Source: Podarcis vaucheri
Taxonomy: Eukaryota
Assembly (NCBI GenBank): GCA_965113315.1
Contig: OZ220364.1
Direction: 5' to 3' (one strand)
DNA: 64,000 bases
Position numbers and translations under genes: made by a program. Positions 60,334 through 64,000 of the stretch are shown in pieces; the stretch's first letter is position 1, and every line of letters starts with the position of its first letter. The notes under the pieces were generated by a model. That model saw only the letters and a list, made by a program, of their open reading frames with translations. It was not told the origin of the DNA and searched no databases.

Positions 60334-63167
60334 CGTCCATCTCCCAAGCTCCAAAGGATGTCCACAAAATGCAAGGATACGAATTAAGAATTGCTGGGTC
60401 CACATCCGATGGCCAAAGAAGAGGGAAGCTCTTTTAACATAAGGCTTTATCAGTGATGCAACCCCAGGGAGAAATGTCCATCACAACTTGAAAAGGTTTA
60501 GGGAGAACTGAGACATCCTCAGGAGTCTCAGCAACTCTGGCATGCATTCTCCTAGATGCAGTCTGGAGAAGAATTTCTTCTCTTCCGAAAGGGAAGGAGG
60601 AGCAGCACCTGCTTCCTACCACCTGCGCTGCTCTTACCCTCCTCCTCACGTCCCATCTCAGAGCTGGTCTCCATCTTGGCAGCGATCATGCTCTCCTCAA
60701 ACTGGGCGTAGCTGTCGAACACCTGAGTGAAATCCCGCACTGTCATCACAGTCTGTATGGCTTCTTCGTAGACATCGCGAGCCTAAGACAGAGAAGGTGA
60801 AGGGATTACTGTTCCAGTCTGCAAAGCAATGCCTGTGGTCTCTGTTCCCACGGCCAGCTACCAAGCAGCTTTGACTTCTCTAATGGTTTTCATGGGAAAT
60901 GCTCTTAAGAAAGCACAGATCACCACTCAAGACGTATCCACTTATATGGAACTCAAAGCTTTTTCTTATTGTGGGAGGAAACAGTGGGCCAAGAGGAACT
61001 GCCTCTGGGATGAAAATGATCTACAAAAAGGTTATTTGGAACAGGCAACATAAACTTCCCATGCCAAGAAAGAGCAGGTACCTGCAACTCAGTCCAAAGT
61101 GACAACTGCATTCTAACAGTTTTCAGAGCGCAACCCTATATTTAACAGGGATGTTCAGGCCGGGGGAAATCACGCACTAGGTTGCCCATCAAATCCAAAG
61201 TCTATTAGCTAAATCAGTAGTTCTCAACCTGGGGTGCCTTGAATGATGGCTGGGGTGCTGCAGGCAACACTGGTCTCTGTCCCTCTTTCCTTCCCTCCCT
61301 CCTCTGATGCCCTCTTGTGTCTCTGCCTCCCAAAGGCTTGCATATATGTTTGTTGCAGCAATCCTTGATACAAGCTCCTCAGGTGAATGGTGCCTCTGTG
61401 GCCAGCCAGGGGTTGCTTCCCAGGTCCCTGTGGGGCAGTTTGAGGAGGCATCTCTCTTGGGGGGAGGGGAAACAGAGACCAGGGGCAGCAACTGCAGCTG
61501 ACATGGGGAGAGGAGAGGAGAGGAGGCTGAGGGAACACTCCCACAAGGGAGGGTGTTCCAAAAACGGTGAGAGGCTGCCAGCTCTGGAGGCAAGGGGTGA
61601 CATAACTGGGCTCCTGAGCCCCACAGGGGTGCTGCGGAAAGAATGCAGTTGGTCAAGGGAGCCATGGACTCAAAAAGGTTGAAAACCTCTGGGCTAAATG
61701 CCTTTCCCTTTGATTCTAATTTGAGGAGGAATCAAGTTACAGGATCACCCAGAAGTTTAAACCTGAACAACTGAGGGCTTGTTCATATGTCCCAAAGGAC
61801 GAAACACATCAAGTACTAATTCTCAGTCTCCTCCGGCTGTCCATACATCACATTTTTTTCACCTGTCTGCTGACCTCGGTACCGATTAAAAAAGCAAACA
61901 AACAATGATTTCTAAAAATCTACCCGGCATGACATTAAGACATGAGAACCCTGCTTGTTATGTACAGTCACCCCAGAAAGCACTAGGATTCTTATTTGTT
62001 TTCCCTAGTTACTTTTCACAAACTTGGAACACTTCATGTATTATGAGACACTATGAATTCTTCTGATGAGCAGAAAGGCAGAACAGAAATAATATAATAA
62101 AAGAAGAAAATCATAGGAGATACACCCACTACCCTTTGTCCCTCCTCTATGCTCAGTAACTTTCCTCTATTACCAATCTTCCAGATTCTTCCATTTCCAT
62201 TTTTGTTTCGTGGCTTGTAAGGATTTCTGTTGGTTATTTTGCCTAGTGTTCATTATCTGGTCCCTACAAGCTCAGTAAAAGCCTTATTTAAAAGAGTGAA
62301 TTAGGAGAAGAGTGGAGACAGGCAATAGCTCTTTTTAAGTGAGTTCAAAGTGATCTAAAAGAGGCTTCCCTTCTGGTGAAAAAGGTTTTCAGAACAATAG
62401 AAACACCTATAAAGTCTGTTTAGTAGGGGTACATGTGGGTGGTACGTATTTACCATTACTAGCAGATTTTTGTTCAAACTGTCTTCAGCCCTTCATAAAA
62501 AATAATGTCTGTCTCCAACCCAAGATTTTCACCAAATAAAGGTGAGGTCTTGCTCAGACCAGATGAATAAGGAATTTAAGAGCAAATAGCTGAAAGACGT
62601 GAACGTTACACTCTGTGCCATTTTGAAGTTCCCCCTGGGATTGGGATGTGACTTCAGCCAAGTCCCTGCATCTCAGCACAAACCCTCAGGTCCAGGTGAC
62701 TACCTTCTCAAAATGCCCACTGCGGATGTAGTAGTCTGCCAAGGAACACCATAGCTTGCCCAGCTGGTCAGTGAAGCGAGTCAGGCCGCCCCGGATTATG
62801 GCCCCCACATTGAGCGACTTCACCTTGTCCGGATTCTGCGAGATGAGGTCACAGAGCTCGTGCCACAGCTGCAACGGAGAGGACAAGGTGTCAGAGAGAT
62901 CTTGGCAACGCTGAGAGGCAGGAAAAGCATCTAGTGTACAGGCTGTTCTGCAGCAGGCATCTTTGGATGAATGAGAAGTGAGATCCTCCATATAATTTTG
63001 GAGGGCTGACTGCCAGCTATCATGAGCCTCACTTGATAGTTCGATTTCCCCTCCTTGGAGATGAAACGTTCATCATTCACCACAGCGGCAAGGCGGACAG
63101 CAGCCTCATCCAGGCGGTCAATGGAGCGCAGGTACTCAATATATTCCTCAGCATTCTCTGGGCTCAG
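50418..63167 (-). CDS. XAB2: XAB2 / SYF1 pre-mRNA splicing factor (HAT/TPR repeats), 5'-partial, last 15 coding exons
   Basis: complement join(63033-63167,62704-62868,60638-60782,59974-60125,59205-59324,58671-58802,56687-56818,55102-55215,54430-54592,53648-53838,52929-53051,52236-52407,51989-52115,50825-50934,50418-50479). All introns GT-AG and phases consistent. Peptides are nearly identical to recalled XAB2 ([37 protein letters not shown]). Confidence 0.97.
50825..50934 (-). CDS. XAB2: XAB2 penultimate exon ([36 protein letters not shown])
   Basis: 110 nt; AG/GT boundaries. Confidence 0.94.
51989..52115 (-). CDS. XAB2: XAB2 exon ([42 protein letters not shown])
   Basis: 127 nt; AG/GT boundaries. 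Confidence 0.96.
52236..52407 (-). CDS. XAB2: XAB2 exon ([39 protein letters not shown]...ATGT)
   Basis: 172 nt; AG/GT boundaries. Confidence 0.96.
52633..52662. repeat. (AAT)n microsatellite
   Basis: About 10 copies read directly. Confidence 0.95.
52780..52918 (-). mobile_element. CR1 LINE 3' terminus
   Basis: tcatagaatcatagagttggaaggg...tagtccaaccccctg is the reverse complement of a CR1 tail with (attctatg)n. Confidence 0.8.
52929..53051 (-). CDS. XAB2: XAB2 exon ([41 protein letters not shown])
   Basis: 123 nt; AG/GT boundaries. Confidence 0.96.
53648..53838 (-). CDS. XAB2: XAB2 exon ([26 protein letters not shown]...IYEKAIE)
   Basis: 191 nt; AG/GT boundaries. Confidence 0.96.
54430..54592 (-). 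CDS. XAB2: XAB2 exon ([25 protein letters not shown]...CPQKYAK)
   Basis: 163 nt; AG/GT boundaries. Confidence 0.96.
55102..55215 (-). CDS. XAB2: XAB2 exon ([38 protein letters not shown])
   Basis: 114 nt; AG/GT boundaries; translated by hand because it is absent from the ORF track. Confidence 0.96.
56687..56818 (-). CDS. XAB2: XAB2 exon ([44 protein letters not shown])
   Basis: 132 nt; AG/GT boundaries. Confidence 0.96.
57119..58327. mobile_element. Tc1/mariner-type non-autonomous element (1.2 kb) in an XAB2 intron
   Basis: TA|ccgtatttttcgctctataa ... ttatagagagaaaaatacgg|TA TIRs. Confidence 0.88.
57254..57793. repeat. 154-bp tandem repeat, ~3.5 copies
   Basis: atgtgatctgatggtgaatttggggtgacc recurs at 57254, 57408, 57562 and 57716. 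Confidence 0.95.
58671..58802 (-). CDS. XAB2: XAB2 exon ([44 protein letters not shown])
   Basis: 132 nt; AG/GT boundaries. Confidence 0.96.
59205..59324 (-). CDS. XAB2: XAB2 exon ([20 protein letters not shown]...NGQIED)
   Basis: 120 nt; AG/GT boundaries. Confidence 0.96.
59974..60125 (-). CDS. XAB2: XAB2 exon ([35 protein letters not shown]...KPRE)
   Basis: 152 nt; AG/GT boundaries. Confidence 0.96.
60291..60333. repeat. (ATCT)n microsatellite
   Basis: About 10 copies read directly. Confidence 0.95.
60638..60782 (-). CDS. XAB2: XAB2 exon ([30 protein letters not shown]...GREEE)
   Basis: 145 nt; AG/GT boundaries. Confidence 0.96.
61215..61691. mobile_element. hAT-type non-autonomous element
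   Basis: TIRs cagtagttctcaacct / aggttgaaaacctctg; TSD agctaaat / ggctaaat. Confidence 0.85.
62704..62868 (-). CDS. XAB2: XAB2 exon ([16 protein letters not shown]...SGHFEK)
   Basis: 165 nt; AG/GT boundaries. Confidence 0.96.
63033..63167 (-). CDS. XAB2: XAB2 exon ([23 protein letters not shown]...GKSNYQ); probably exon 5 by mammalian numbering
   Basis: 135 nt; acceptor tgttgcag|, donor CAA|gtgagg. Confidence 0.95.
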
Positions 63168-64000
63168 CTGCAACATAAAAACGCGTACAGCTCAGAATCC
63201 ACCAGAATGCTGACAAGACCAAAATAGTGGCAGTAGAAGAGCTGATGTAGATTAATTGCAGCACTGCTAGAAGTGCCAACTCAAGGTTAGCTAAGAATAC
63301 AAGGAGTAGCTTACAACCCTTTGTGCATAGTGTGTTAAAGCTAATTAACATCTGAACACCCTACAGCAAGGATAAATGAACATCTGTTGGGGGGAACAAG
63401 TGTGATTTCTTTTATGCAACATGACAAAATTTTCACTTATTCCAAAATTAAAATAAAAAACAGCAGGAGATTAAACAGACCACAATCTACAGATTTAGAG
63501 CAGCCAACATTTTATAAAGAGGTGTCCTAGTTCAGGAGTCCTAAGCAAAGGGTTTCAGACCCAGAACCCCTCTTGAAGTCCATCTGCAATGCAGGATCTA
63601 CTTAAGAGTTGGCATATGTTCATTTATCCTCGCTGTAGGGTGTTCAGATGCAAAAAAGTACAAGCACCTTGCATCTTTACCAGATGTATATAAGAGGGAG
63701 TTGTACAAGTTGGAATTTGTCATGTAGGGCTGCAAAAAACATGTCCCTGCTGAAATTTCCTGTTCTGCGAAACTACGGAAGGTTAAGGGATTGTGGCTTC
63801 CTTTCCATCTGGTGTCTCGGTTTCTTTAAAAATAACAGGAAAAAGAAAATTATTGGGCGCCACTGATGTAATTTACAACAAGTTTCTGCATCTCAACTCC
63901 CAGCTGAAGGACAGTTCTTGAGTTAACATAATGAATAGGAATATTCTGGGCAGCTCCCAATCAAGTGTAAAAAACAATACAGCATTAAGTATTAAAAACT

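Noticed and set aside
63168-64000. Further XAB2 exon
   Set aside because: The expected upstream peptide (MPRLWLDY...RRFLK) was not found; this is intron and the gene continues beyond the window.

Overview
Vertebrate genomic DNA, almost certainly a squamate lizard; lacertid affinity is only inferred from the repeat content. It holds two convergent protein-coding genes in the same tail-to-tail arrangement recalled for mammals. CAMSAP3 (+ strand) is complete: CpG-island promoter at ~4450-5950, 19 coding exons from ATG 5256 to stop 47697, about 1345 aa including two in-frame microexons of 33 and 48 nt. XAB2/SYF1 (- strand) is 5'-partial: 15 coding exons from 63167 down to stop 50418, with the first exons beyond the window. 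All 34 exons were placed by hand with GT-AG boundaries and consistent phases. A 3'-truncated, CpG-decayed 7SK snRNA copy lies at ~2734-2970, upstream of the CAMSAP3 promoter. Introns are rich in Sauria-type and other tRNA-derived SINEs, hAT and Tc1/mariner-type MITEs (some nested, one carrying a 154-bp minisatellite) and CR1/L2/L1 fragments. Best leads: the 7SK copy; an overlapping uORF ending in an ATGA stop/start overlap at CAMSAP3 Met12; the microexon pair with SRRM4/RBFOX/NOVA-type motifs; a possible internal first exon; a ~140-bp intronic hairpin; and a perfect 44-bp direct repeat. I found no convincing evidence of a wholly new multi-gene system. All homologies come from recalled sequences, not from database searches.
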